Below, piece by piece: positions 43,677-52,972 of a stretch of 64,000 nucleotides of DNA. This stretch comes from an uncultured Candidatus Rokubacteria bacterium (GTDB taxonomy: Bacteria; Methylomirabilota; Methylomirabilia; Rokubacteriales; DASRDR01), in contig CAWGVS010000012.1 in NCBI GenBank assembly GCA_963826115.1, positions 128,001-192,000 on the forward strand, written 5' to 3'. Numbering within the stretch: the first letter of the stretch is position 1; each line of letters begins with the position of its first letter. The position numbers and the translations under genes were made by a program. Below the pieces are notes generated by a model. The model saw only the letters and a list, made by a program, of their open reading frames with translations. It made no database searches and was not told the origin of the DNA.

Positions 43677-44501
43677 ATGATTCGGAGAGGCACGCGCATT
43701 GGGGTTCTAGCCATCATCGGGCTTCTGGCGCTGGCGTTGTGGCCGGGTGTCGCCCGCGCCCAGGCGCCGGCGGCGCAGGACACGCTGCAGGCCGTGATCA
43801 AGAAGGGCGAGCTGGTCGTCGGCACGTTCGATTTCTTCCCGCCGTGGGGCTACCGCGACGCCCAGAACAACATCGTCGGGATGGACGTCGACATCGCGAA
43901 GGACCTCGCCGAGCAGATGAAGGTGAAGCTCACGCTCGTGGCGGTGCCGACCGCGCCCGACCGGATCAACTTCCTGGTCGCCGGCAAGATCGACGTCGCG
44001 ATCTCGAACTTCACGGCCACGGTCGAGCGCTCGAAGACGATCACCTTCACCGAGCCGTACGTGATCGACGGGTTCGGCGTCATCTTCAACAAGACGGCGA
44101 AGATCAAGGACTGGCCGGACCTGAACGGGAAGAAGGTCGCGGTGACGACCGGCTCCACCGGCGAGATCCTGCTGTCGCAGAAGGCCCCCAAGGCGACGGC
44201 CCTCCGCTTCGACCAGGCGTCGGCGGCGCTGCTCGCGCTCCAGCAGGGCAAGGCCGACGCGCAGATCGAGGACTACACCTACACCGTCTACCACGCGGGC
44301 CGCGACCCGAAGAAGGCGCTCGGCTTCATCGAGAAGCCCTTCGACCTGAACCCGTACGCGTTCGGGGTCCGCAAGAACGACCAGGAGTGGCTCAACTTCC
44401 TGAACTTCTACATCTACAAGCTCCACCAGAGCGGGAAGATGAAGGAGCTCTACAAGAAGTGGTTCAACGCCGAGCCCGCCAAGGTCGCGCCTAGCTGGTA
44501 G
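43677..44501 (+). CDS. Polar amino-acid ABC transporter substrate-binding protein
   Basis: Signal peptide; FPPW, GMDVDIA, GKIDV, TVERSK.ITF. Confidence 0.92.
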   Translation: MIRRGTRIGVLAIIGLLALALWPGVARAQAPAAQDTLQAVIKKGELVVGTFDFFPPWGYRDAQNNIVGMDVDIAKDLAEQMKVKLTLVAVPTAPDRINFLVAGKIDVAISNFTATVERSKTITFTEPYVIDGFGVIFNKTAKIKDWPDLNGKKVAVTTGSTGEILLSQKAPKATALRFDQASAALLALQQGKADAQIEDYTYTVYHAGRDPKKALGFIEKPFDLNPYAFGVRKNDQEWLNFLNFYIYKLHQSGKMKELYKKWFNAEPAKVAPSW

Positions 44502-44517
44502 TCGGCTCTCGGGGACA

Positions 44518-44547
44518 CCGTCCGGGGCGGGCGCCCGCCCCGGACGG
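44518..44547. repeat. Perfect 30-bp palindrome between SBP and permease genes
   Basis: CCGTCCGGGGCGGGCGCCCGCCCCGGACGG equals its own reverse complement. Confidence 0.85.
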
Positions 44548-44585
44548 CGCCGCCCCGGCCTTCCCTGCCCGACCCCCCGACGCTC

Positions 44586-45254
44586 GTGCCCGGTTACGTC
44601 TTCCAGTTCCGCCTCGTGTTCCAGGAGTTCCCCTCGCTCCTCGAGGGCGCGCTCCTGACGATCCACCTCTCGCTCCTCACGCTCCTCCTGAGCCTCATCG
44701 TCGGCACCGCCTGCGCGATGTGCCGGCTGTCCCGAATCGCGTGGCTCCGGCGCCCCGCAACCTGGTACGTGGAGGTCGTCCGCAACACTCCCCTCCTGGT
44801 CCAGCTCTTCTTCATCTACTTCGGCCTCGGCCAGCTCAGCATCGACGTCCCCAACTATCTGGCCGCGCTCATCGGTCTCGTGCTCAACAACGGCGCCTAC
44901 CTCACCGAGATCGTGCGGGCGGGGATCGAGGCGATCCCGAAGGGCCAGCACGACGCGAGCGTGTCGCTCGGCATGAGCTACCCGCAGCGCATGCGCCACG
45001 TGATTTTCCCGCAGGCCTTCCGGGTGATCTACCCACCGCTGACCAACCAGTTCATCGGGATCATCCTGTTCTCGTCCCTCGTCTCGGTCATCGCGGTCGA
45101 GGATCTCGCCCTCCGTGGCAAGATGATCATCTCGCGCAACTTCCGGTCGTTCGAGACCTACATCGTGGTGACCCTCATGTACGTCGTGATGACGCTCGCG
45201 ATCTCGGTCGCGCTCAAGCTCCTGGGCCGGCGCATGTTCCGGCAGCTCGCCTGA
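44586..45254 (+). CDS. Amino-acid ABC transporter permease
   Basis: RNTPLLVQL, AYLTEIVRAGIEAIPKGQ. Confidence 0.92.
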   Translation: MPGYVFQFRLVFQEFPSLLEGALLTIHLSLLTLLLSLIVGTACAMCRLSRIAWLRRPATWYVEVVRNTPLLVQLFFIYFGLGQLSIDVPNYLAALIGLVLNNGAYLTEIVRAGIEAIPKGQHDASVSLGMSYPQRMRHVIFPQAFRVIYPPLTNQFIGIILFSSLVSVIAVEDLALRGKMIISRNFRSFETYIVVTLMYVVMTLAISVALKLLGRRMFRQLA

Positions 45255-45255
45255 G

Positions 45256-45930
45256 ATGGGCAACGTCCCGAACTTCACCCAAGATCAGCTGAACATCTGG
45301 GACGCGCAGCTCCTCGCGCTGGGGCTCTGGAACACGGTGCGGCTCTGCGGGCTCGGGCTCGTGCTCGGATCCGTCATCGCCTTCGGGGTCGGGCTGGCCC
45401 GCGGATCCAAGCGCCCCTGGCTCTGGATGCCGGCTGCCGCCTACATCGAAATCATCCGCGACTCGCCGATCCTCATGCAGCTCTACGTCATCTTCTTCGC
45501 GCTCCCCATCCTCCTGAAGATCGAGGTGCCGGTGTTCTGGGCGGGGGTCGTCGCCCTCGTCATCAACGGCAGCGCCTTCATGGCGGAGATCGTGCGGGCG
45601 GGAATCCAGTCGGTCGGGCGCGACCAGTGGGAGGCGGCGCGAAGCCTCGGGATGGGGTACCTCCAGATCATGCGGTGGATCGTCCTGCCGCAGGCGCTGC
45701 GCGTGATGATTCCGCCCGGCGTCGGCCTCTTCATCGGGCTGGTGAAGGACTCCTCGGTCGTCTCGGTGCTGAGCTACATCGAGCTGACCCGGGCGGGCCA
45801 GATCCTGATGGAGAAGACCTTCCTGTCGTTCCAGGTGTTCGGGATCGTGGCTGCGCTCTACTTCGCCATCTGCTACCCTCTCTCGCGTCTCGCCCTCTAC
45901 TCGGAGCGGAGGCTCAGGCTCGGTGGTTAA
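45256..45930 (+). CDS. Amino-acid ABC transporter permease
   Basis: [20 protein letters not shown]...[13 protein letters not shown]. Confidence 0.92.
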   Translation: MGNVPNFTQDQLNIWDAQLLALGLWNTVRLCGLGLVLGSVIAFGVGLARGSKRPWLWMPAAAYIEIIRDSPILMQLYVIFFALPILLKIEVPVFWAGVVALVINGSAFMAEIVRAGIQSVGRDQWEAARSLGMGYLQIMRWIVLPQALRVMIPPGVGLFIGLVKDSSVVSVLSYIELTRAGQILMEKTFLSFQVFGIVAALYFAICYPLSRLALYSERRLRLGG

Positions 45931-46645
45931 GGTCAGCCACGTCCACAAGTACTTCGGCCGGCTGCACGTCCTCGACGACGTGAGCCTCGAGGTCACGCGT
46001 GGCGAGGTCGTGGTGGTCATCGGGCCGAGCGGCTCCGGCAAGAGCACGCTCCTCCGGTGCCTCAACTATCTCGAGCCCGTGCAGTCGGGCGAGATCTGGG
46101 TCGACGGGGTGCGGCTCGACCACCACCGGACCAACATCCGCCAGGTCCGGGCCGAGGTCGGCATCGTCTTCCAGTCCTACAACCTGTTCCCGCACCTGAG
46201 CGCCCTCCGGAACGTCATGCTGGCGCCGATCGTGGTCCGGAGGCGGCCGGAGCCGGAGGTGCGCCAGGAGGCCCTCCGCCTGCTCGACAAGGTGGGCCTC
46301 GCCGACAAGGTGGACGCGTACCCCGGACAGCTCTCCGGCGGCCAGCAGCAGCGCGTCGCCATCGCGCGGGCCCTCGCCATGCAGCCCAAGCTCATGCTCT
46401 TCGACGAGGTCACCTCGGCGCTCGACCCCGAGCTCGTCCGCGAGGTGCTGGACGCCATGAAGCAGCTCGTCCGCGAGGGCATGACCATGCTCGTGGTGAC
46501 CCACGAGATGGGCTTCGCGCGCGAGGTCGCCCACCGGGTCGTCTTCATGGACGAGGGGCGCGTCGTCGAGGTCGGTTCGCCCCAGGAGGTCTTCGACCGG
46601 CCGCAGAACGCCCGGACGCAGGCCTTCCTGAGCAAGATCCTCTAG
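45923..46645 (+). CDS. Amino-acid ABC transporter ATP-binding protein (GlnQ-like)
   Basis: [43 protein letters not shown]. Confidence 0.95.
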   Translation: MVKVSHVHKYFGRLHVLDDVSLEVTRGEVVVVIGPSGSGKSTLLRCLNYLEPVQSGEIWVDGVRLDHHRTNIRQVRAEVGIVFQSYNLFPHLSALRNVMLAPIVVRRRPEPEVRQEALRLLDKVGLADKVDAYPGQLSGGQQQRVAIARALAMQPKLMLFDEVTSALDPELVREVLDAMKQLVREGMTMLVVTHEMGFAREVAHRVVFMDEGRVVEVGSPQEVFDRPQNARTQAFLSKIL

Positions 46646-46651
46646 CCGCGC

Positions 46652-47179
46652 ATGATCGGCCTGAACGTCCCGGCGCCGGACGTCGCCCTGAACGCGGTCG
46701 CGGAGGGCCAGGTCCGCCGGATCCGGCTCGGGGACTTCCGCGGCCGCTGGGTCGTGCTCTTCTTCTACCCCGCGGACTTCACCTTCGTGTGCCCGACGGA
46801 GATCCGCGGCTTCCAGGCGCGCCGGGCGGAGTTCGCGGAGCGCGGCGCGGAGATCCTGGCCGTGAGCGTCGACGACGTCGAGAGCCACCGCGCGTGGGCG
46901 GCCGAGCTCGGCGGCGTGGCGTTCCCGCTCCTGAGCGATCCCACCCGCGAAGCCACCCGCGCCTACGGAGTCCTCAACGAGGCCGACGGCCGGGCGTTCC
47001 GCGCCACGTTCATCGTCGGGCCCGACGGGCGGATCGCCTACTTCGTGGTGAGCCCCATGAACGTCGGGCGCAGCGTCGACGAGACGCTCCGCGTGCTCGA
47101 GGCGCTCCAGACGGGACGTCTCTGTCCCGCGGACTGGCGGCCGGGCGACCCGACGCTCGATCCGTCGCTCCGGTACTGA
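46652..47179 (+). CDS. ahpC: 2-Cys peroxiredoxin (AhpC/Prx1)
   Basis: FFYPADFTFVCPTE, GRSVDETLR, LCPADW. Confidence 0.9.
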   Translation: MIGLNVPAPDVALNAVAEGQVRRIRLGDFRGRWVVLFFYPADFTFVCPTEIRGFQARRAEFAERGAEILAVSVDDVESHRAWAAELGGVAFPLLSDPTREATRAYGVLNEADGRAFRATFIVGPDGRIAYFVVSPMNVGRSVDETLRVLEALQTGRLCPADWRPGDPTLDPSLRY

Positions 47180-47196
47180 CGCGGCCCGAGGCGACC

Positions 47197-47923
47197 GTGT
47201 CGACACCGGGCGAGCTGGGCGCCCAGAAGCGGGTCCTCGAGCGGAAGGTCCGCGCGCGCGAGTTCGTCTTCGGGATCCAGGACGGTCTCCTCAGCACCGT
47301 CGGGCTCCTGAGCGGCGTGTCGGCCGCCACCCAGAACGCGGAGATCGTGCTCCTCACCGGCATCGCCGCGGCGATCACGGGCGGCGTGTCCATGGCGACC
47401 GGCTCCTACCTCGCCGCGCGGACCGAGAAGGAGATCTTCGAGAAGGAGCTGCTCGACCAGACGCGGCTCGCGGCGGCGCAGCCGTACCTCGCGCAGGAGG
47501 CGCTCCTCGAGGCGCTGGTCGCGCGAGGGGCTCGATCGGCCGTCGGCCTACCGGGTCGTCCACATCTTCTCCCGGCACCGGGAGCTCCTGCTCCGGACGG
47601 TCCAGGAGAAGGTGCTCGGGCTCGGGTCGGCCGACATCTCCCAGCCGATCAAGGCCGGCCTGGTGATGTTCGTCTCCTTCGTCATCGGCGCGGCGATTCC
47701 CCTCGCCCCCCTCGTGCTCGTCGCGGGGCCGCTCGCGCTGCCGCTGTCGTGGACGCTGTCGATCGCGGTGCTGCTGGGCGTCGGCGTCCTGAAGGGGATC
47801 CTGACCGGGCGCCCGCTGCTGCGGTCGGGACTCGAGTTCGCCTCGGTGGCGCTCGGCTCCGCGGTGGTCGGCTGGCTCGTCGGGACGCTGTTCGAGCGGG
47901 CCTTCGGCGTCACCGTCCCTTAG
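47197..47923 (+). CDS. VIT1/CCC1 family Fe/Mn transporter (single-base frameshift at ~47525)
   Basis: VFGIQDGLLST, GGVSMATGSYLA; continues in shifted frame as LDRPSAYRVV...EKVLGLG...SFVIGAAIPLAP. Confidence 0.82.
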
Positions 47924-47943
47924 GCCCGGCGGCGCGGGCGCGG

Positions 47944-48819
47944 CTAGCGCGCCACGTAGAGGATCAGGACGACCGCGCCGCCCCAGAGCGCGACGTCGAG
48001 CATGAGCGCCCGGTCCGTCAGGAGGTGCTCCGACGGATCCCCGCCGAGGTCGCGGCGGTACAGGAGATAGAGGTAGCGGAAGATCCCGTAGAGGACGAAC
48101 GGGATCGTCAGCGGCAGGCGCGTGGTGCCGAGCTTCGCCTGCGTCTCCGGCGAGATCGTGTAGAGGGCGTAGGCCATGAGCGTCGATGCCGTCACCACCG
48201 CGATCATCTGGTCGAGCAGCTGCGGCGAGTACTCCGACAGGATCGGCCGGTGGTCCGCCGCCCCGGCCTCGAGCGCGAGCAGCTCGTGCCGGCGCTTCCC
48301 GAACGTCAGGAACAGCGCCAGCAGGATCGTGCACAGGAGCAGCCAGTTCGAGAGCTCGAGCCCGAGCACGACGACGCCGCCGAGGGCGCGCAGCACGAAC
48401 CCCATCGCGATGATCAGGCCGTCCACGATGACGACGTGCTTGAGCCCCGCCGAGTACGCGGTCAGGAGCACCGCGTAGGCGACCGCCACGGCGCCGAACG
48501 GCGCCGACACGAGGAGCGCGGCGACCGACGCGCCGATCAGGAGGACGATCCCCGCGACCAGCGCCACGCCGGCGGGCAGGCGGCCCGAGGCGACGGGGCG
48601 CTCGCGCTTCTGGGGGTGCGCGCGGTCCCGCTCGGCGTCCACCACGTCGTTGACGAGGTAGACGCCGCCGGACAGGAGGCAAAAGATCGCGAACGCGAAG
48701 ACCGACCGGGCCACGTGCGCCGGATCGTTGAGCCCCTGGGAAAAGATCAGGCCCGCGAAGACGAGGAGGTTCTTGGTCCACTGGCGCGGGCGGAGCGCGG
48801 TGACGAGGGCGCCGATCAT
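47944..48819 (-). CDS. UbiA-family decaprenyl-phosphate phosphoribosyltransferase-like protein
   Basis: LRPRQWTKNLLVF, YLVNDVVDAERDRAHPQKRERPVASG, FGKRRHE, YGIFRY. Confidence 0.88.
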   Translation of the reverse strand: MIGALVTALRPRQWTKNLLVFAGLIFSQGLNDPAHVARSVFAFAIFCLLSGGVYLVNDVVDAERDRAHPQKRERPVASGRLPAGVALVAGIVLLIGASVAALLVSAPFGAVAVAYAVLLTAYSAGLKHVVIVDGLIIAMGFVLRALGGVVVLGLELSNWLLLCTILLALFLTFGKRRHELLALEAGAADHRPILSEYSPQLLDQMIAVVTASTLMAYALYTISPETQAKLGTTRLPLTIPFVLYGIFRYLYLLYRRDLGGDPSEHLLTDRALMLDVALWGGAVVLILYVAR

Positions 48820-48830
48820 GGCGGCCGCGC

Positions 48831-49802
48831 CTAGCTCCGGCCCGTCGCGCGGAGGTGGTCGATCACGCGGCGGAGGGTCTCGTCGAGCGACACGCGGGGC
48901 CGGTGTCCGGCAACGCGCTCGGCTTTCCGGATGTCCGGCACCCGCCGGCGCAGGTCCTCGAACCCGGGCTGGTACGCCTCGTCGTACGGGACGAACACGA
49001 TCGACGCGCGGCTGCCCGTGAGCGCCCGCACCCGCTCGGCGAGCTCCGCGATCGTCACCTCGTCCGTCGTCCCCACGTTGAACACCTCGCCGACCGCGCC
49101 GGCGGCCGTCGCGAGGGTGACCGTCGCGCGCACGGTGTCCTCCACGTCCGTGAAGCACCGGGACTGGCGGCCGTCGCCGTAGACCGTGATCGGGCTCCCG
49201 TCGAGCGCCTGGCGGACGAAGCGCGGCACGACCATGCCGTACCGGCCGGTCTGCCGGGGCCCGATGGTGTTGAAGAACCGCACGATGGTCACCGGCAGGT
49301 CGTACTCGCGGTGGTACGCGAGCGCGAGAAACTCGTCGATCGCCTTCGAGCACGCATAGCTCCAGCGGCTCTTCGTCGTCGGCCCGAGGACCCGGTCGTC
49401 GTCCTCGGAGAGCGGCACCCGGTCGTTCTTGCCGTAGACCTCGGAGGTGGACGCGAGGACGACGCGGGGACGCGTCTCGCGCGCCGCGCGGAGGATGGTC
49501 TCGGTGCCGACGATGTTGGTCTCGATGGTCGCGACGGGCCGGTCGAGGATCAGCCGGACACCGACCGCCGCCGCCAGGTGATACACGACGTCGGCCGCGG
49601 CCACGAGCTTCCGCACCAGCGGCTCGTCCGTGACCGATCCCGCGCTGACCTCGAGCCGGGGGTGCCCCTCGACCGCCGCCAGGTTCGCGAGCCGGCCGGT
49701 GGAGAGGTCGTCGAGGATCGCCACCTCGTGGCCGGCGGCGAGCAAGGCCTCCGTCAGGTGCGACCCGATGAACCCCGCCCCGCCCGTGACCAGCGCTCGC
49801 AC
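48831..49802 (-). CDS. NAD-dependent nucleotide-sugar epimerase/dehydratase
   Basis: VTGGAGFIGSH, HLAAAVGV, ASTSEVYG, YACSK. Confidence 0.92.
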   Translation of the reverse strand: MRALVTGGAGFIGSHLTEALLAAGHEVAILDDLSTGRLANLAAVEGHPRLEVSAGSVTDEPLVRKLVAAADVVYHLAAAVGVRLILDRPVATIETNIVGTETILRAARETRPRVVLASTSEVYGKNDRVPLSEDDDRVLGPTTKSRWSYACSKAIDEFLALAYHREYDLPVTIVRFFNTIGPRQTGRYGMVVPRFVRQALDGSPITVYGDGRQSRCFTDVEDTVRATVTLATAAGAVGEVFNVGTTDEVTIAELAERVRALTGSRASIVFVPYDEAYQPGFEDLRRRVPDIRKAERVAGHRPRVSLDETLRRVIDHLRATGRS

Positions 49803-49819
49803 GCGCGCTCCGGCCCCGG

Positions 49820-51142
49820 TCAGAGGCGGACGACCCGAGTGCGGTCGACCCTGACGTCGCGGGTGGCGTTCCGCGTGTCGAACACGAGCCGGGCGTGCGT
49901 CACGATCCACTCGTAGTCCACCGCGTCGTGGTCGGTGTGGATCACCACGCAGTCGGCCGCCGCGACCGTCTCCCGGTCGAGCGGCACGGACGCGAGCTCG
50001 CGCGTCCCCAGCCGGAGGCGCGGCACCAGGGGATCGTGGTACGCCACCTCGAGACCACGCGCCTCCAGGAGCTCGAGGATCTTCAGCGCCGATGAGTTGC
50101 GGACGTCGCTGACGTTGCGCTTGAAGCTCACGCCGAGGAGCAGCACCCGGCGGCCGCGCACGTCGCCGCCGCGCTGCGCGAGGACCCGCGCCAGCTTCTC
50201 GACGACGAAGTACGGCATGTTCGCGTTGACCTCGGCCGCCCGGGTGATGAAGTTCGTGTAGAAGTCGTGCTCCTTCGCCTTCCACGCGAGGTAGATCGGG
50301 TCCACGGGGATGCAGTGCCCCCCGACGCCGGGGCCCGGGCGAAAGCTCATGAACCCGAACGGCTTGCTGGCGGCGGCGTCGACGACTTCCCAGACGTCGA
50401 CGCCCATCCGGTCGCACAGCATCGCGAGCTCGTTCACCAGCGCGATGTTCACGTTCCGGAAGATGTTCTCGAGGAGCTTCGCCGTCTCGGCCACCCGGGG
50501 TCCCGACACCGGCACCACCTTGATGACCGCCTTCTGGTAGAGGGCCTGCGCGAGCGCGGTGCAGGTCGGGGTCACGCCGCCCACGAGCTTCGGCGTGTTG
50601 GCCACGTGGTAGTGGAGGTTGCCGGGGTCCACGCGCTCCGGCGAGTACGCGAGGGCGAAGTCCCGGCCCACGCGGAGCCCGCCCGCCTCGAACGCCGGCA
50701 GCAGGACCTCCTCGGTCGTCCCGGGATACGTCGTGCTCTCGAGCACCACCAGCTGGCCGGGCCGGAGCCGGCCGGCGACCTCCGCGACGACGGCGCGCAC
50801 GAAGGAGAGGTCGGGCTCCCGGTTGGGCGTGAACGGCGTGGGGACGCAGATGACGATCGCATCGAGGGTCGCCGCGCCGTCCCAGGCGCTCGTCGCCTGG
50901 AGCCGCCCCTCCCGCACGAATTCGGCCACGGTGCGCGCGGGGACGTCCTCGACGTAGCTCTCGCCCCGGCCGACCGCCGCGACGCGCTCGGGGTCGGCGT
51001 CGATCCCGGTCACCCGGAAGCCCGCCCGCGCCAGCTCCACCGCGAGCGGGAGCCCCACGTAGCCGAGGCCGGCGACGCCGACCGCCGCGCGCCCGTCGGC
51101 CAGACGCGCCCGCAACGTCTCGAGGGGCGTCATGTCCGTCAT
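49820..51142 (-). CDS. Nucleotide-sugar (UDP-GlcNAc/ManNAc-type) 6-dehydrogenase
   Basis: GLGYVGLP, ICVPTP, ESTTYPGTT, SPERVDPGN, GVGGHCIPVDP. Confidence 0.93.
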   Translation of the reverse strand: MTDMTPLETLRARLADGRAAVGVAGLGYVGLPLAVELARAGFRVTGIDADPERVAAVGRGESYVEDVPARTVAEFVREGRLQATSAWDGAATLDAIVICVPTPFTPNREPDLSFVRAVVAEVAGRLRPGQLVVLESTTYPGTTEEVLLPAFEAGGLRVGRDFALAYSPERVDPGNLHYHVANTPKLVGGVTPTCTALAQALYQKAVIKVVPVSGPRVAETAKLLENIFRNVNIALVNELAMLCDRMGVDVWEVVDAAASKPFGFMSFRPGPGVGGHCIPVDPIYLAWKAKEHDFYTNFITRAAEVNANMPYFVVEKLARVLAQRGGDVRGRRVLLLGVSFKRNVSDVRNSSALKILELLEARGLEVAYHDPLVPRLRLGTRELASVPLDRETVAAADCVVIHTDHDAVDYEWIVTHARLVFDTRNATRDVRVDRTRVVRL

Positions 51143-51151
51143 CGCCGCGTC

Positions 51152-51180
51152 ATTATTGACAGTTCTGCCCGGAGTGTCAA
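51152..51180 (-). promoter_or_regulatory. Sigma70 promoter of the nucleotide-sugar dehydrogenase operon
   Basis: Minus strand TTGACA (51180-51175)-N17-AATAAT (51157-51152). Confidence 0.65.
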
Positions 51181-51203
51181 GGAAGCGCGGCCCGCGACCG
51201 CGC

Positions 51204-52967
51204 TCACTCGAGCCGGACGGACGCGCGGACGACCCCCACCCCGCGGGCCGCGCAGATCGCCTCCAGACGGCGGAGGCGCTCGGCCGGGATCTTCCGAGAG
51301 GCCACCACGACCTCCTCGACGCGATGCGCGCGCAGGACCGCCTCGAGGTCGTCGAGCGCGCCCAGCACCGGCACCCCGTGAATGCGCGTCCCCGCCTTCG
51401 CCCGATCGTCGTCGAGGAACCCCACCGCGTCCCGCGCGAGGTCGGCGTTGTTCCGGAGCTCCCGGAGCACCAGCTCGCCGCCGTCCCCGGCGCCGTAGAC
51501 GAGGACCGGGCGCGCGCCGGTGCGCGGAGCGCGGAGCGCCTCCCCGAGGAGGCGGAACGACACCCGGCTCGCGCTCACGAGCACCGTGACGAGGAGCAAG
51601 TTGAGCACGAACACCGCGCGGGACAGGCCCGCGAACCGCGTGGCGAACAGGAGATAGAGGACCGCCGCCACGGTCCCGAGCGCGAGGCCCCGCCAGATCC
51701 GGAGGAGGTCGTCGAGACCCGTGTACCGCCACATCCCCCGGTACGCCCCCGAAACCGCCAGTCCGCCGAGCTGGAAGACGAGGACCGGCGCGAGGGTGCG
51801 GATCAGCATCGGCTTGTTCGCGGCGAACGCGTCCTCGAAGCGCAGGACGTACGACGCGTAGTAGGCGACCACGATGAGGATCGCGTCCAGGACGACCGAG
51901 ACCACCTCCCGCTTGAACGGGAGGTCCTGGACGAGCCGGATCGCCGCCCGATCCGGCGGCGGCGACCCGGGCCGCGCGACCTCGACCCGGCTCAGGTGCA
52001 CCCCGAGGAGCGTCAGCGCGATCAGCAGGAGCGGGAGCAGGATGACGGCCGTCCCGAGGTCGGCCCGGTACGTGAGGAGGGCGGCCCCCCCGCCGAGGAT
52101 CGACAGCCCGAAGAGGACGGCGAGCGCGCGGCCCTCGCTGCCGCCGAGCGCCACCAGCCGGTGCGAGGTGTGGTCGCGGCCGCCCTGCGAGACCGGCTGC
52201 CCGCGGAGGAGCCGCGTGACCGTGACGAAGGTGGTGTCGAAGATCGGGATCAGCACCAGCAGCACGGGGACGGCGAGCACCGCGGTGATCCCGCGCGAGT
52301 AGTACGCCGCGTCGACGACGAGGCAGAGGCCGCTCAGGAAGAAGCCGAGGAAGAGGCTCCCCGCGTCGCCCATGAAGATCCGGGCCGGCGGGGCGTTCCG
52401 CACGAGGAAGCCGGTCACCGCGCCGACGAAGCCCGCGGTCATGGTCGCGGCGGCAAGGTCCCCGTCGAGGAGGAAGAGGGCCAGCCGGAACCCGCCCGCG
52501 ATGACCGCCATGCCGGCGGCCAGGCCGTCCATGTTGTCGAGCAGGTTGAAGGCGTTCGTGATGCCGACGACCCAGACCACGGTGAGCAGCACGTCGAGCA
52601 CCGGGACGCCGGTCAGCCGCAGCACGAAGTCGCGCTCCACCAGGAGCCCCGCGAGCACGATCTGCGCCACGAGCTTCACCTGGGGCCGGAGCGGACGGAC
52701 GTCGTCGAGGAGCCCCACCGCCCCCATCGCGAGCGCGATCAGGGTGAGCTCGGCCAGGCGCCCCCGGAGCCCGCCCGTCCACGCGAGGGCCGGCAGCACG
52801 CCGAGCATGATCGCCACGCCGCCCAGGAGGGCCACGGGCCGGCGGTGCCAGCGGTCGGCTCGGGGCGCGACGACGAGGCCGAGCCGGGGCGCCACGCGCT
52901 CGCAGGCGAGGGTCGCGGCGAGCGCGACGACGAGCGAGACTCCGAACGCGACGAGAACGACGGTCAC
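51204..52967 (-). CDS. WecA/MraY-family polyprenyl-phosphate HexNAc-1-P transferase fused to TM + Rossmann (CoA-binding-like) domain
   Basis: GLLDD, TNAFNLLDNMDGLA, IFMGDAGS, DHTSHRL; C-terminal YRGMWRY, VYGAGDGG, GFLDDD. Confidence 0.87.
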   Translation of the reverse strand: MTVVLVAFGVSLVVALAATLACERVAPRLGLVVAPRADRWHRRPVALLGGVAIMLGVLPALAWTGGLRGRLAELTLIALAMGAVGLLDDVRPLRPQVKLVAQIVLAGLLVERDFVLRLTGVPVLDVLLTVVWVVGITNAFNLLDNMDGLAAGMAVIAGGFRLALFLLDGDLAAATMTAGFVGAVTGFLVRNAPPARIFMGDAGSLFLGFFLSGLCLVVDAAYYSRGITAVLAVPVLLVLIPIFDTTFVTVTRLLRGQPVSQGGRDHTSHRLVALGGSEGRALAVLFGLSILGGGAALLTYRADLGTAVILLPLLLIALTLLGVHLSRVEVARPGSPPPDRAAIRLVQDLPFKREVVSVVLDAILIVVAYYASYVLRFEDAFAANKPMLIRTLAPVLVFQLGGLAVSGAYRGMWRYTGLDDLLRIWRGLALGTVAAVLYLLFATRFAGLSRAVFVLNLLLVTVLVSASRVSFRLLGEALRAPRTGARPVLVYGAGDGGELVLRELRNNADLARDAVGFLDDDRAKAGTRIHGVPVLGALDDLEAVLRAHRVEEVVVASRKIPAERLRRLEAICAARGVGVVRASVRLE

Positions 52968-52972
52968 GCGCG

